In this document: positions 1 through 12,436 of the stretch, one piece after another
Layout: each line of letters opens with the position of its first letter
Position numbering within the stretch: position 1 is the stretch's first letter
Source: Eukaryota sp. GEM-RC1
Lineage: Eukaryota
Length of the DNA: 64,000 nucleotides
Direction: 5' to 3'
NCBI GenBank assembly: GCA_040285855.1
Contig: JAUFOQ010000016.1
Span: 434,001 to 498,000 of the forward strand
Program-made: the position numbers and the translations under genes
The notes under the pieces: model-generated
The model's database searches: none
What the model was told of the DNA's origin: nothing
What the model saw: the letters and a program-made list of their open reading frames with translations, nothing else

Positions 1-189
1 CTTGTCAATTCAGCTCAACTATAGTAGTAGTACGTGTAGTTGGATTCTGAAAGACAGCAAGGTTCGGTTTTGTGGCATTCTTTTGAAAAGAATGTAAAGT
101 TTATATTATAAACACTTGAACAACAAAACCGAATCTTTTGTGAAACCAATTTTTCTGCTTCAAAAACCAATCTTGTTTAATTGTTCAAT

Positions 190-534
190 ATGTCACAACG
201 CACAAAGAAGCACCTAGACGCCCTACAACAGTTGCGAGCAGCTATCAGGCAGCTCTCCTCTGAACTTTCACCCATTCTGTCCTTGTCTGATGACCTTGAC
301 TCTCACTTCCCTGCATCTGAACTCATTGAGATTAAATCAGACATACTTTACACACTGAATAGTCTAATCTTTGTCTATCTCAAAGTTAAGGGGAAAGACC
401 CATCCAAACACCCTATTGAAGAGGAACTGACCAGAACAAGACAATGTCGTTCCAAGGTGAAAAAGTTTCTTGGGTCCTTGAACTCCTCTTCTTCGCCCCC
501 GCAGGCAAAGAAATCTCGTGTTGAAAATGATTAG
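190..534 (+). CDS. C1D: C1D/Rrp47 (Sas10/Utp3/C1D family) exosome cofactor
   Basis: Motif YTLNSLIFVYLKVKGKDPSKHPIEEELTR matches the C1D/Lrp1 core. First ATG is at 190 (ORF track starts at TTG 181). Confidence 0.85.
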   Translation: MSQRTKKHLDALQQLRAAIRQLSSELSPILSLSDDLDSHFPASELIEIKSDILYTLNSLIFVYLKVKGKDPSKHPIEEELTRTRQCRSKVKKFLGSLNSSSSPPQAKKSRVEND

Positions 535-625
535 TCTTGTTCTTTAGTTAAGTATGTGTGGATGTTTATTGATTTATTTTTTTTATGTAATGTACAAAGG
601 TTATGATCGGCCAAAACAAATATAT

Positions 626-1105
626 TCATTGTGATACAAGCCTTTTCCTTGATATTTTAGAAGAAGGACTAGGACTTGAAGGAAGTGTTGATGGGTTGGA
701 TATTAAGGAAATAGTCTCTAATGAGACTGGTCCAGAGAGTTCATTCAGTGTGGAAAATGAAGGACTCTTAGGGGATTGTCGTCGAGGAGACTCAATGGAT
801 GGTGGACTTGAAAATTCAATAGGTCTCGTAGTGGTCACAAACAATCCTCGATTGGGAGAAGATTTAACAAAAGAGTTACGTTGTGGTGTTACAGATAGAG
901 TGGGAGTACTAGAAGAAGAAAGATTTACGGAACTATCATAATCAGATCTAAAAAGAGAACCACACTGGTCACAACAGGAGTCTTTTGTGACTTTGAGTTG
1001 ATGTTGAAGATGTGAAAGCTGCTGTTTCAGTTCATGTATTTCCTTATCCCTACGACGCAAAATGAATAACAAATCAAGTTTTGTACTAGGACTCGAATCA
1101 TCCAT
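626..1105 (-). CDS. Hypothetical protein, short coiled coil plus Ser/Pro-rich tail
   Basis: 159-aa ATG ORF with a coiled-coil-like segment RRRDKEIHELKQQLSHLQHQL and a CxxC. No family recognised. Confidence 0.55.
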   Translation of the reverse strand: MDDSSPSTKLDLLFILRRRDKEIHELKQQLSHLQHQLKVTKDSCCDQCGSLFRSDYDSSVNLSSSSTPTLSVTPQRNSFVKSSPNRGLFVTTTRPIEFSSPPSIESPRRQSPKSPSFSTLNELSGPVSLETISLISNPSTLPSSPSPSSKISRKRLVSQ

Positions 1106-1609
1106 AGATTGTGGGAATACGTACGTAGACCTACAGAGAGTCTTGAATCAAGAAGTTGGATCGAAGAAATTGAATACACTTCTTTGTTTAGTCAATAAAA
1201 CATAGAAGACTTAATTTAGCCGTATAAAACATGGTTTAAGCCACTAATCACTTTGAAAAAGGACTGGATCATCTTGTCTTAATAGCCTCTACTGTTCAAA
1301 GTTTATTTGGACCAACTCTAAGGAAAATGTCTACATGGGCATTACATGTACTAAGAAATTTGCATCTGTCAGACAGATAACAGCTTGTTTATAAGATTGA
1401 TGCTAGATGTTGTTTGACAAAACATCAATTATATAGACTCTATAAAGAACCCTTAGGAAATACCCAAGTGAACTCTCACAGATGCAGCTCCACATCAACA
1501 CTGTGTACATTGATTAAGTTAAGACTAATCATCTGTTATTGTTGCTTTTCATTACAAAACTAAATTTTTGAAGCATTTTCTCTTTGTTCTTCGACACCAA
1601 AACTAACCA

Positions 1610-2911
1610 ATGTCAAGAACCATCTCTGCTGCTGTGCCTAATTTTACATCAGATATACTAAATTCATTGCGTTCTGGTTCTATGTCTGATGTCATTGTTA
1701 CTGTTCAAAACGATTCATTCAATGCACACAAACTCATCTTGTCTGTTGTTTCCCCTGTTTTCCACACAATGCTAAATAAGGACTTTAAGGAAGGTATAAC
1801 TGGCGAAGTCAATATTCCTGATCAAGACCCAAACGCTTTTCAAGTCTTCCTTGATTTTATATACACCAGTAAACTTGACTGTAATGTAACTCTCCTTGCC
1901 CCACTTCTTGAGCTTGGTCAACGGTACCAAGTTCTACCATTAGTCTCACTTTGCTTAGAGTTGCTCTGTGACGAACTTACTCCTGTTGAGTTACTGGACT
2001 CATGTAATCAATTGTTCTCAGCTGATTCTCCTCTTCGATCTGATGAATCTTTTGAGTCTGCTGTCACTAAAATTTGTAACAACTTCCATGACGTGGTCTC
2101 TCAACCCATCTTTTCCTCTCTTCACTATCCTTTTCTGTTAAAACTACTCAGCTTGCCACTTAATCTTACGTCAGAGGTGTCTCTTTTCACTTCTCTCGTT
2201 GAGTGGACTCAACACCAATCTGGAGGCATAGAAGGAAACCTGGAGAAGTTCCGTGAGATCATGTGCAAGGTTGATTTTGTTAGAATGACTCCTGATGAAT
2301 TACTCAAGACAGTCTACCCTTTCCAGGAGTATCTGCCATTGGATCATTTTTCTAATTGTCTTTTGTTTTGTTTGAATGAGAATACACCAGTGAAAAGAAA
2401 TGAAAGGAAGAATTCTGCAGTCATTGCAACTACTAGTTCCAGTAGGACAACCAAGGTTGAGTTTTCCAGTTCTTTAAAGCATGATGACATCATTTTGCAT
2501 TCGTCAACAAGAATTGGAAGCAGAGTAGGTGGACATCGTTCAATCTTGGGTAACTACCCCTTACAAACAGGTCAAATTTACTCTTGGAAAGTACGAATAC
2601 TTAGGAAACCTCATTGGCATTTCACTGGTGTTGCTCCTAAATCCAAAGTTACTTATGAGTGTGATTACAGTATTGGGTATGGTTGCTCTAGTGCTAGTCA
2701 ACATTACAAAACTACTGGTACTTTATCTAATTGGGAAACTGGTGACGTGATCGAAGTCACTGTTGATCTTAAAACTGACAAGTTACGTATTAAAGAGATT
2801 ACTCGAAACTCTACAGACGTTAGTTGTACCTTACCAAAATTAGAAGGTGACGAGTGGTATCCTCTTTTTAATCTTCATCGTACTGACAATGAATTAGAGT
2901 TGATAGATTAG
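1610..2911 (+). CDS. BTB/POZ-BACK protein with C-terminal SPRY/B30.2-like domain
   Basis: BTB: SDVIVTVQNDSFNAHKLILSVVSPVFHTML. BACK: SEVSLFTSLVEW...VDFVRMTPDEL. SPRY-like: YSWKVRI, WETGDVIEVTVDL, WYPLFNL. Confidence 0.9.
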   Translation: MSRTISAAVPNFTSDILNSLRSGSMSDVIVTVQNDSFNAHKLILSVVSPVFHTMLNKDFKEGITGEVNIPDQDPNAFQVFLDFIYTSKLDCNVTLLAPLLELGQRYQVLPLVSLCLELLCDELTPVELLDSCNQLFSADSPLRSDESFESAVTKICNNFHDVVSQPIFSSLHYPFLLKLLSLPLNLTSEVSLFTSLVEWTQHQSGGIEGNLEKFREIMCKVDFVRMTPDELLKTVYPFQEYLPLDHFSNCLLFCLNENTPVKRNERKNSAVIATTSSSRTTKVEFSSSLKHDDIILHSSTRIGSRVGGHRSILGNYPLQTGQIYSWKVRILRKPHWHFTGVAPKSKVTYECDYSIGYGCSSASQHYKTTGTLSNWETGDVIEVTVDLKTDKLRIKEITRNSTDVSCTLPKLEGDEWYPLFNLHRTDNELELID

Positions 2912-3129
2912 ACTGAAACATTCTAGAATCATTGTTAGTTAATGATTCCGTGTAACTGTGTAATACAATTTTGTATTTGTCTATTGTTGCAAATAAAGTT
3001 AATATATATCATTCAAATAAACTGTACTGTATCTCGTTTTAAATTGCAGTATGTACTGTATTTTCTTATTACATATAATTATAGAGAAAAAAACCATTGA
3101 AATAAGTACAATAAACTAGAACTCAGTAT

Positions 3130-3614
3130 CATACCTGGGCATGACAACAAATTGAATTTTGTCATGACGTCATGACACTCCATGACAAGAAAATATGACA
3201 AGCAACCACTATTTTCAATATTTATTGATAGTTATCCAACAATAGTCTACATGTATGAATATTCGTTTTCTTGTTCATTTCCAAAAAATTTTCAGTTCTT
3301 ATACCGCTAAGGTCCTCACTGAACAATCTTTTGCACCAGCACGAGTTTCTGGCTCATTTGTTGTGATATAATTACATCATCATCATTTTATATGTCATTT
3401 AAACTAAACATTTTGCATATATACTAGGAATATCAGATAATGTCAGAATGGAACTGTACTAAGGAAGAGAGGTTGTTTGGACAATGTCGGGCGACAAAGG
3501 ATTCATTTGTTTCAGGTGTATTCGCAGCAATTAATTATCATTAAATGAGGTGTCATAATACTTCACCAAAAAACACAATGGCGTCACGACGTCATGATGT
3601 TATGCCCAGGTATG
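3130..3614. mobile_element. hAT-type non-autonomous element (MITE), 485 bp
   Basis: TIR CATACCTGGGCAT(G/A)ACA at both ends. Perfect 8-bp TSD CTCAGTAT at 3122-3129 and 3615-3622. Subterminal CATGAC/GTCATG motifs. Confidence 0.9.
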
Positions 3615-5689
3615 CTCAGTATCATTCAAATCCAGTACAATGTACTGTATATGTTTGAAAGGAATTTAGGCAGAATTTCTTACTCTTTTACATTGTTTGC
3701 AAATTTCTTAAGGATTGCAGACGATATGTCCATCGTAGAAAGATCTTTAAAGAGGAGAATTGATTGAAATGATTAGTTTGTGAGATTAAATGATGAATGT
3801 CCCTTTTTGAAATGCAGTGACATTGTACTTTATATACACTTAAACTGAATAATTTGTATTTTAGAACTCGAAATGTGTTTCCTAAAGAAAACAAAAAATG
3901 AGAACATAAAGTCAAAATGATTGAAAGACGTTACACATGTTGCTGATTACCAATATTGGGATCAAAATAGTAAAATCATCTACAACAAGAGAGGAGTTCT
4001 AGAAAGGAGCAATTAGATCACCATGTCGAGATTCAAACATAATATAATTATTGCATATTCCAGATTACACTCGAATTCTAGAATTTGGACATTTGGACGT
4101 TACATTAAAGAGATTAAAGAATGCTTATTTTGAAACTTAGCCTGTAGATGGTTCTGAACAAGCCAAACTAAGTAAAATAAGATAAGTACAAAACCCTACT
4201 TGGAAAAATGCACATGCAAAAAAGCAGTACAAATTGCCTCAGCTTTACAAATTGTACAAATTGTAAATTGTTGTACTATCATGTTGCTTATCAATTTCAT
4301 CATTTGGGCTCACCTCTTCTTCTGAAAAACACTGTTTATGTTCCTGTTCAGGTTCTTCTTCAACTTCAATTTCAATTTCAACGCCATCGCATCTCGTGTA
4401 CATTACTGTATATTTCTGGAAAAGATCAACGTTGTAATAAATTTGTTAATTACTACTTTTCGTTGATCCCCATCATCACTCAACAACCCAATCAAAGATT
4501 GACTCGATGATCCACCTCGGGTTACGAGTATAAACAGCATCCCACACAACAATTTCATTAGATACAGCATCTAAATTTTAGAATCGAAAACCCAAATATG
4601 AAAGAAATGTATTTAAATTAAATTAACAATTATATGAGTCGACATAATGAGTCGTATAATAACACTAATTTTCTACATGTGGTAAGTGTTAGGAGATTGA
4701 CTTTGTAGTGATCATTACAAATGTAATGAATGAATATTAGTTCCACCGAAATATGAAGCGACTTTTGAAAATACTATGTTTCTAAAAATTTAAATGGTCG
4801 TTAAGTGCCAATCCGTCATGTATAGAGGAATTAAATTGACTCACAAGACGTTTCTCTTTTCATGCATATCCGAACTAGTAAAGAGAGTTACATTTTCTTG
4901 ACAAGTATTTGGAACTAGTGGTGAAATCGCTGCTTTTCTGTGTGTTTTAAAAATGTCGTTTATATGATATAAAGTAGTTTTGGGTAGTAACCTGATAAGC
5001 ATAATTAAGAAGAATTAACAATTAACATCAACCAGTCTAAGAAAACGGTTCTCAACTTTGTCTGGTTGCACGTTTTGCATCTAGCTGAGGAATGATGATC
5101 AGGCAAGACCAGTTGTGCATTCTCTTGCTATAAAGTTTACCTAGGAGAAAATGAGATGGTAGGCTCTGGCTTGACACAGGCCACATGATGAATAAACCAC
5201 GTGTTTTTCCAGTTACAATAGGTTACACTCCACACAAACTTTTCATCCATATCTCTTCAAAAATGTCTGGTCCATAGCTATTGAGGTCCATCCATTCATT
5301 GTAGGTAAACTCAAGTAACACAATCTGGGCCAAAATAGGACTAGTGGCCATGAGCATCTCAAATGTATTATGACTATCAGGACAAGAAATTTATTTATAC
5401 GACACACTGTTAGCCTTACTTCCAAATCCAAATGATTTGAAATACGCAGATACGGAATACTTTTTTTAAAGACAAGGAAATATTCTCCAGGTATACCACC
5501 AACGAGATCATCAAGAACATCAAAGATCGATACCTCAATTGGAGTACTCAGAGTGAACCCCTCAAGTCTAGGTCTTGCTGATCAGCGAATCCTAGATGAC
5601 ACAAGGGTATCAACTTCTCCTCTAACCGATAGCAGTATTGCCTACAAATATTAGGACGCAATTTTCAGAATGGAAAAGAAGAATTGATG

Positions 5690-6250
5690 ACCTAATGAAG
5701 ATGCCCAAACCGAAAACAGTTGGCGATTTGACAAGCTCCATTGATTACATCACGTGACTGGATTGCCCAGGTATCAAGTGACTTAAAACCTCTAACTGAA
5801 CTACTAAAGAAGAAACATGGACAAGAAAAGCTTACGATAAGAAACAAATGGACCACCACCCAAGATGAAGCACTTAAAGGAATCAAGTCAATAATCAAGG
5901 TCTCAATGCAACTAGTCTTACCAAACGCCAACGAAGATCTAGTAATCAGAACTGATGCCAGCGAATACGCCATTAGCGGTATTAGTATAAACCCAGACGA
6001 CATAAAATTGCCCATTAAGAAAGAATTCAAGGACTTAAACCACGAACCAGGTTCCTATTACTCAAAGACCTTAACAAATTCCAAAAGAAATGGCCGATAA
6101 TCCAGGAAGAATTGTATGCAATTCTATGAACGCTGCACCAACCGAACCACACGAACTTACTCTTATGTAGAAAACTACATGTCTTCTGTGACCACAAAAA
6201 TCTATCATATCTCATCGCTGCACCAGAAAACAACAGGATTGTCACTCTTA
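5690..6250 (+). pseudogene. Ty3/gypsy LTR-retrotransposon pol relic (RT connection plus RNase H)
   Basis: WTTTQDEALKGIK, LVIRTDASEYAISGI, YYSKTLT, then frameshifted ELYAI and VFCDHKNLSYL. Contains stops and frameshifts; boundaries approximate. Confidence 0.85.
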
Positions 6251-7706
6251 TATCACCAATCTTTATACTGATTTAGCGTCGAGATCCTTTCAATTTGCTT
6301 TCCAAACTTTTAAAAACTCTCGACCAGGAATTCCGGACCAACTTTCCGTCTACATCAAATGATGAATTAGAAGCTGGTTTTATATATATTAATATGTATT
6401 TGAACCACAGTCTGAACCAAAAGAAGGTGTTCCTGAAGTAGAGTTCCTTCATTACTAATATGGATATGGTCCAGATGAGATAGTATCTCCAAAATACAAA
6501 TCAATTGATTCCAAATTATCACTTCAGGACGATTTAGATCAACACCTGAAGGCTTATGAATTGAAACATTCTGCTACCGTAAATGCATTTTGTTTTTGCA
6601 TTAAAACAGTGACAAAGTGCTTGTCTTGGTGCGGATCCGATACATCATTTAAAACACACTTTGTCTTAGAAATTAACCTTGATAACCAAGACAAGTATAC
6701 TGGACCTTCGATAAGTTCCAGACCTTCCAACCATTATTCATTATTGGATTCTCACTTACCTTTTCGAAAATAAGTCGAATGTGCTGGTTGTTCAGATCCA
6801 AAATCAGAAATTACTGAAACCATTGCTTCCTAAAGTACTTTTCATTAGACTAACTGGACCTCAACAATCATTTACTATTTCTACAGAACTATCTCTATCA
6901 TTTACTGTCAACTGAATCAAGAATCAGTTGAGCTTCACTCCATGGTTTAATCAGTTTGTTGTCAGTGTTTCACCCTTTTAGATAGTTTATCATACATTAC
7001 TGCAGATGGAAACCGTACATCGTCCTTACGCACATAGAAGTCAAACTTGTTAGAGGAAAGTCCAGTCATCAACCTAGAAAAAAATAGACTTTAATAACAG
7101 AGATTGACGCTCCCTGCAAAACAGGATGATGTATACATTTTAAATAATTAATTAATTAATTATAGATGCAAATGAATTTCGGATTGAGACAAATCAACTA
7201 ACATACTGGAAATTACTTCCACCATTTTAAATAAGAATCATCTTCAAGGCAACACTTGGAATGGGTTACGGTAAGTAATTCCCTTTGATTATCTGAGCAG
7301 AAGTTCCTTACTTCTCCACTTGTCATGTAAACCTCCTTAGGGCTGAATCTAGGAGTTGCAATCACAATCATGTAGTTTAATGATTGCGATGCTGACGTCA
7401 TCTCTTCACTAATGAAGAATCTCCTCCGTTCTTCCTTTTCTGTCAACCAAAAGAGAAGAGGAGGAACAAGCCAAAGATGAAGGTGAACCATAAGAACCAC
7501 GTACAAGGTTATTCGTAGAGTGGTGTGAATCCATATACATGGTAAACTAATTCGAATAGAGAAACGGTGAAGCCAGTTAATTAGCCATATTACAGCAGCA
7601 AATAGCGATGGACAGACAAATAGGAAGGTGACAATGGTAGCATCAAATGGAACAGCTAAGCAATTTTCCTCCAAATACTTTTAGTTTCTTATCTCAAACT
7701 GTTAAC

Positions 7707-8531
7707 ATGGTTAAAACTGTTTTTGTAGGCAACATAGCTTTTGAATCCACCAAAGAAGAACTTCTCAACATCTTTTCCACCGCTGGTATCATAGTAAACT
7801 TCAATCTCGTTACTGATCATGACACTGGCAAACCTAAAGGCTTTGGATTTGTTGAATATAACAACGAAGCCTCTGCTCTCTGTGCTATGAGAACCTTAAA
7901 TAATTATGAATGGAAAGGAAGACATCTGCGTGTTGGTTATGCAGATGCAGATAAACCTGTTGAGTCACAAAAGGGAGATGGTACTGGCTCTGAGTCACAA
8001 CGACTTACTCAGTCAATGGTTCTTGAGTTCTTGTACGATTTCCAACAATTGGCCAAATCGAATCGCGATCTTGCTCGTAGCTACCTTCTGGAACATCCTA
8101 AACTTGCTTATGCAGTTGTCTCAGGATTGTACACTCAAAGCTTCCTTTCTGACCATCCTGAACTCCTCCAATTCCTTTCAAAGGTAACTTTACCTTCGAT
8201 AGAGGATCAGACTGTTGAACCTCCTGTTGCCACTCAAGTAGCTCCTACTCGTCCCCCTCATCACCGTGCTCCTCACCACGTACCTCCTCCTCATCATGTT
8301 CAGCCTCCCCATGTCCATGAACAAGCTCCTCCAGTACATCATCGACCTGCGCCACCTCCACCTCAACAACTTCCCCAACAACAGAGAGTTCTACCTCAAC
8401 TTGCTCATCTACCTCCAGAACAGTACCAACAAATAGTACAACAGCTGTTGTCTGCTACAGAAGCTCAGATTGAAGCTCTACCTCAGGAACAGAAGGACTT
8501 GTATTTCCAACTGGTCAGAATGTATCGGTAA
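7707..8531 (+). CDS. CSTF2: Cleavage stimulation factor 64 kDa subunit (CstF64/Rna15)
   Basis: N-terminal RRM (VFVGNIAF, TGKPKGFGFVEY), hinge (ARSYLLEHPKLAYAV) and C-terminal motif QLLSATEAQIEALPQEQK. ATG 7707 is the likely start. Confidence 0.9.
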   Translation: MVKTVFVGNIAFESTKEELLNIFSTAGIIVNFNLVTDHDTGKPKGFGFVEYNNEASALCAMRTLNNYEWKGRHLRVGYADADKPVESQKGDGTGSESQRLTQSMVLEFLYDFQQLAKSNRDLARSYLLEHPKLAYAVVSGLYTQSFLSDHPELLQFLSKVTLPSIEDQTVEPPVATQVAPTRPPHHRAPHHVPPPHHVQPPHVHEQAPPVHHRPAPPPPQQLPQQQRVLPQLAHLPPEQYQQIVQQLLSATEAQIEALPQEQKDLYFQLVRMYR

Positions 8532-8875
8532 GATGAATTCGATCATGGTGTATTGTTTTTGAATCTTATTCTTTTGTTTCTTCGTGCTAGGCCAGATTGT
8601 GTCAAATCTATTGCAATATACTCGTGTGTTGAAGATCAATTGATCAGTGATTCAATTCGAAAAGATTTTAAACTGTAGCTGATGGTTCCGATTTAATTCC
8701 CAAGGGTTCAAGGATATGAAATTTTTAAATATTTTGAGGGACCTTTCTATTACCAAAGGTGGCAAACATTATCTTTCTAAAAGCAAGATATATGTTTTAA
8801 AGAAGAAGATTCAAACTATAAATCTGAAAGTTGAATAAAATTAAAATAAATCCTCTCAGTGACTATGTGTTTGTA

Positions 8876-9200
8876 ATTCCCCTTTAGACAGTTCTGAACA
8901 AGCCAAACATGATGTGTACAAGAAACCATTGATGGATGCGAAACATGAAAAACATGTTGAACATGAATTACATGTATGCCATTTTGATCTATCAATTTAC
9001 GGCCGTTTGTATTGAATTAGTTTTCCGATAAATCATATAAAATAGGCTAAACTAACGCTTTGATCGTATGATATTGTTGAAACCCGTCGTTTTTACTGTG
9101 TTTAAAACAATTCCCCTAATCATCTCCAAAGCTTTACCAGCTGTGAGCTTCTTAAACAGGGATAAAGCAGTTGTAAGAGTTCATAGTGATGGATGTTGTC
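8876..9200 (+). mobile_element. 3' fragment of an RLE-type non-LTR retrotransposon
   Basis: CCCTTTAGACAGTTCTGAACAAGCCAAAC recurs at about 27004 and partly at about 4141. Translates PLDSSEQAKHDVYKK, resembling the E..K..KY endonuclease motif. Boundaries approximate. Confidence 0.55.
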
Positions 9201-9479
9201 TTAATTGTATCAAATTTTAGTTTTTGTAATACATTACATTTATCAATATATATTATATCAAAAAAGGTATGCAAAACATTATACAGGAAGCTTTTAAGAC
9301 AAGAGGCACATCAAAGTCCATTCAACATACAGTAAAAATGAAGACAGAAAAGAAATACAGAACAACACTCTAAAAACGACAAATACAAAAAATATAGGCA
9401 AATTAAAATGAAGATGAAGCAATGAAATCGACAAAAAAAACAATAACAAAAAACAAAATATACAATATATCTTCAGCCA

Positions 9480-11346
9480 CTATTCATTTTTTGATAAAAG
9501 AGGCGCCATCAAAGCCATCTTAGAAGAATACTCAGAGGGAAGGTGATCACGTGTTAGATTAATGGTAGTCACAGTGTTATAATTATCAGTGCAAATACCC
9601 AATTCATTTCCGTTCTTCTCCAGTTTCAAGAAAACCCCATCATTAAAAGCAAAATGCACTGACTGATCATTAACAAATCTAAATGCCCAACCAATATCCT
9701 TTTGAAAGACAATCTTCTCAAAAGAAGGTTGGACAGTTCGAATGACTGGCACAGGCGGGGATTTGTCTTGAGTGATTGTGTCGTTTTTGATCCCTTGATT
9801 CTTAATCACTTGTGGATGAACGACAGTGATTGGTAGATCTGATTGAGTACTTGTGGCGAGGTTCTTGCACAGAGTCCAGGATTCAATCAACTGTTTAATG
9901 TCAAAACAAAGATTCGGAGGTACAGACGAGGTTAAGGGAAGCAAGATCTGTGGAAAACTGGAAAGATTGTCCAACTAGACTACTTTCTGTACACTTTAAG
10001 ACAAAAACACGATCGCCCTTGATTTCGAATTCATTGTTATTAGATAATTTTCCAAGAAAAGTATCACCAGCAGTTAAAGAGAAGTGTCCATAAGGAGAAG
10101 TATAGTCTACAATGGTGGTCCTTTGGGCAACAAGAGAAACAAAGTTTGCAGCATAAAGGTATTTTCGATGAAATTTCTGGGGTAACTCAGCAATTTCATA
10201 CACCATTTTAATTTCTTCTTCATTGTTCTTCCTCTTAACCACAGTGATCTCTCTTCCATCCCCACTCACTGAGAACATTGACCCATCACCATCAAATATA
10301 AGTCTTACGGATTCTCCAGGACCATCAATGATTGCTTGTCCCATCTTTGCCTTATGGGTGTAAGCTCGGACATTGGTTGTGGACAGAGGACGTAGAAATG
10401 ACTTAATCGGATCTTTCTTTTTAATTAAAGGAGTAGAAGCAACAGAAAGAGGAGACATTATAGACATTGCAGAGAGTCTGGAAGCAGGCCGGTAGACTGA
10501 TGAAGGACTTGAGTAAGTTGAAGAAGGAGGTTGAGGTGTGAAGAAGGGATGAGTCAAGACTTTATCCAAGGAGATTCGATGGTGAGGATCGTAAGTGAGA
10601 AGTTTAGAGACGAGATCCTGAGCACTAGCAGAGACATGGGGAGGGAAGTTTAGTTGGTAAGACTGTGGGGAAGATGAAGAAGTTACGAAAGGAAGACCTC
10701 CTGTTAGCATGGCAAAGATGATACAGCCTAGAGCCCATCGATCTGATGGCTTTCCGTAGGACTGTTGAGAAGAAATCTCAGGAGCAAGGTAGTTTAAGGT
10801 ACCACAGACAGTATCAGCTTCAGCTTCATCGGAGTCGAGTAGCAGGGCTAAGCCGAAATCTCCAAGCTTAAGTATGGGAGGACCATGAGCAGGAATTGAG
10901 AGTAAGATGTTTGAGAGTTTGATATCTCTGTGGATGATGTTATGAGAATGAAGGTACAGTAGCGCTTTGATCAGTTGCAGGCTAAGATCTTGAACTAAAG
11001 ACTCTCGTAATCGTCCAGAGTTGTGCAGATATGAATAAAGGTTTCCAGCATTACAATACTCGAGGATTATGTAGTAGGAGTTTTGATCCTCTGAAAAGGC
11101 GTAGAGATCGACGACATGAGGGTGGTGTAGACGAGAATGCAGATGTGTTTCATTAGTGATACGATGGGTTAAGTTCCTGACTTTTGCTGCTTTTTTATCT
11201 ATAACTTTGATAGCAACGTCCTGTCCGGTGTGTTTAGATCGACCATGGAAAACGTGGGAAAAGGCACCCTTCCCCAAGAGTGTGCAAATGTCGTAATCGG
11301 ACAATCGAGAACCATGTTCAAGACCTTTTCTAAGTTGGTTGATCAT
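9480..11346 (-). CDS. PLK4: Polo-like kinase 4, one frame break near 9900-9975
   Basis: Kinase motifs GKGAFS, VAIK, HRDIKLSNILL, DFG, CGTLNYLAPE. Cryptic polo box (LRPLSTT, SGDGREITV, LPQKFHRKYLYAANFVSLV). PB3-like VFQKDIGWA...FNDG lies in the overlapping ORF 9480-9974. Confidence 0.88.
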
Positions 11347-11686
11347 AGTGGTGGATCATGAGAGTGAAAGAACTTGAAAAACTATTTCAGGAAAAAGCAT
11401 TTTCCATTTTTTGACATGATTCAAAAGAACAACAAACTGTTTATGAACGATTGAGTAGTATTAGAATCAACGGTGTACATGATTGTGTTAAATTTGAAAA
11501 CGGTCAATTAGAGTCCTTCATTAATGTACAAATTTACTCTTAAAAGACAACCTTTCGGATCGGTTGTCAGAGACTATTCTTGAACCCAGATGGCTTCTCC
11601 TTGGATTATCTTTTTATTCAATAATCACCGACAATACAGTGTTGCAATCTGTTTAAGAAATTTAATTTCATTATTATTATTTTGAA

Positions 11687-12436
11687 ATGTCCACCCTCTT
11701 CCATGCACTATCAAATCACTATGATGAACAAGAGCAAGCACAACAGTCACAACAGTCCCAGCCAGCGCCGCAAGTGAATCCATTTGCTCAACAGAACCCA
11801 TTTTCTCAGCAGAATAGTTTGATGCCTCCTGATTTTGGTTTTTCTGCACATAACAACCAGTCACCATCTCCCTTTGGCGAATCAGATCACGGCTATTCCC
11901 CTTTATCTCCCCTTAGCGATTCCCCTCAAAGTCTCCATCAACATTCCCCATTTTCGTCTCAATTTTTTGCATCGCATTCTTCCAACAGGTCTCCTTTCGC
12001 TGCCCATCAACCTCAACCTCAGGAACAGTTTGATATTTCAGATCACTGTACATTTACCTCTGAACCTGTTGTTATTGAACAGTTCTCCTGCAGTATATGT
12101 AGCTCAGTCCTCCAAGATCCCGTTGAAACTTCTTGCTGCAACAACCTCTTCTGCCGTAACTGCTTCTCCATGATTCCATCGGAATGTCCTCATTGTCGGA
12201 GCTCAAGATCCAGGAGTCAGTCGAATCTTCCTGTTCAAAGAATCATCCACAATCTTCCCGTGAGCTGCAATCTTTGTTCATACGAAACAACTGCTGGTGA
12301 GTTTGAGCAGCATTACAAGAATTGTACGAAGAGAGAGAAGACGTGTAGAAAGTGCTCAGTAGTAGTCAAACAAGATCTTCTGGTTGAACACGTGATGGAA
12401 CATCATAAGCAGGATGTAGTCGATGCTTTCTTTTGA
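11687..12436 (+). CDS. RING-finger protein with TRAF-like zinc finger and Q/S/P-rich N-terminus
   Basis: CSICSSVLQDPVETSCCNNLFCRNC...CPHCR followed by CNLC...HYKNC and CRKC...HVMEHH. Confidence 0.85.
   Translation: MSTLFHALSNHYDEQEQAQQSQQSQPAPQVNPFAQQNPFSQQNSLMPPDFGFSAHNNQSPSPFGESDHGYSPLSPLSDSPQSLHQHSPFSSQFFASHSSNRSPFAAHQPQPQEQFDISDHCTFTSEPVVIEQFSCSICSSVLQDPVETSCCNNLFCRNCFSMIPSECPHCRSSRSRSQSNLPVQRIIHNLPVSCNLCSYETTAGEFEQHYKNCTKREKTCRKCSVVVKQDLLVEHVMEHHKQDVVDAFF

Noticed and set aside
603..941. Plus-strand 112-aa ORF and similar shadow ORFs opposite real genes
   Set aside because: Antisense or alternate-frame shadows with no motifs.
6500..6800. Possible MULE/FAR1 zinc-finger fragment
   Set aside because: Cys/His spacing is incomplete and no transposase core or TIRs were seen.
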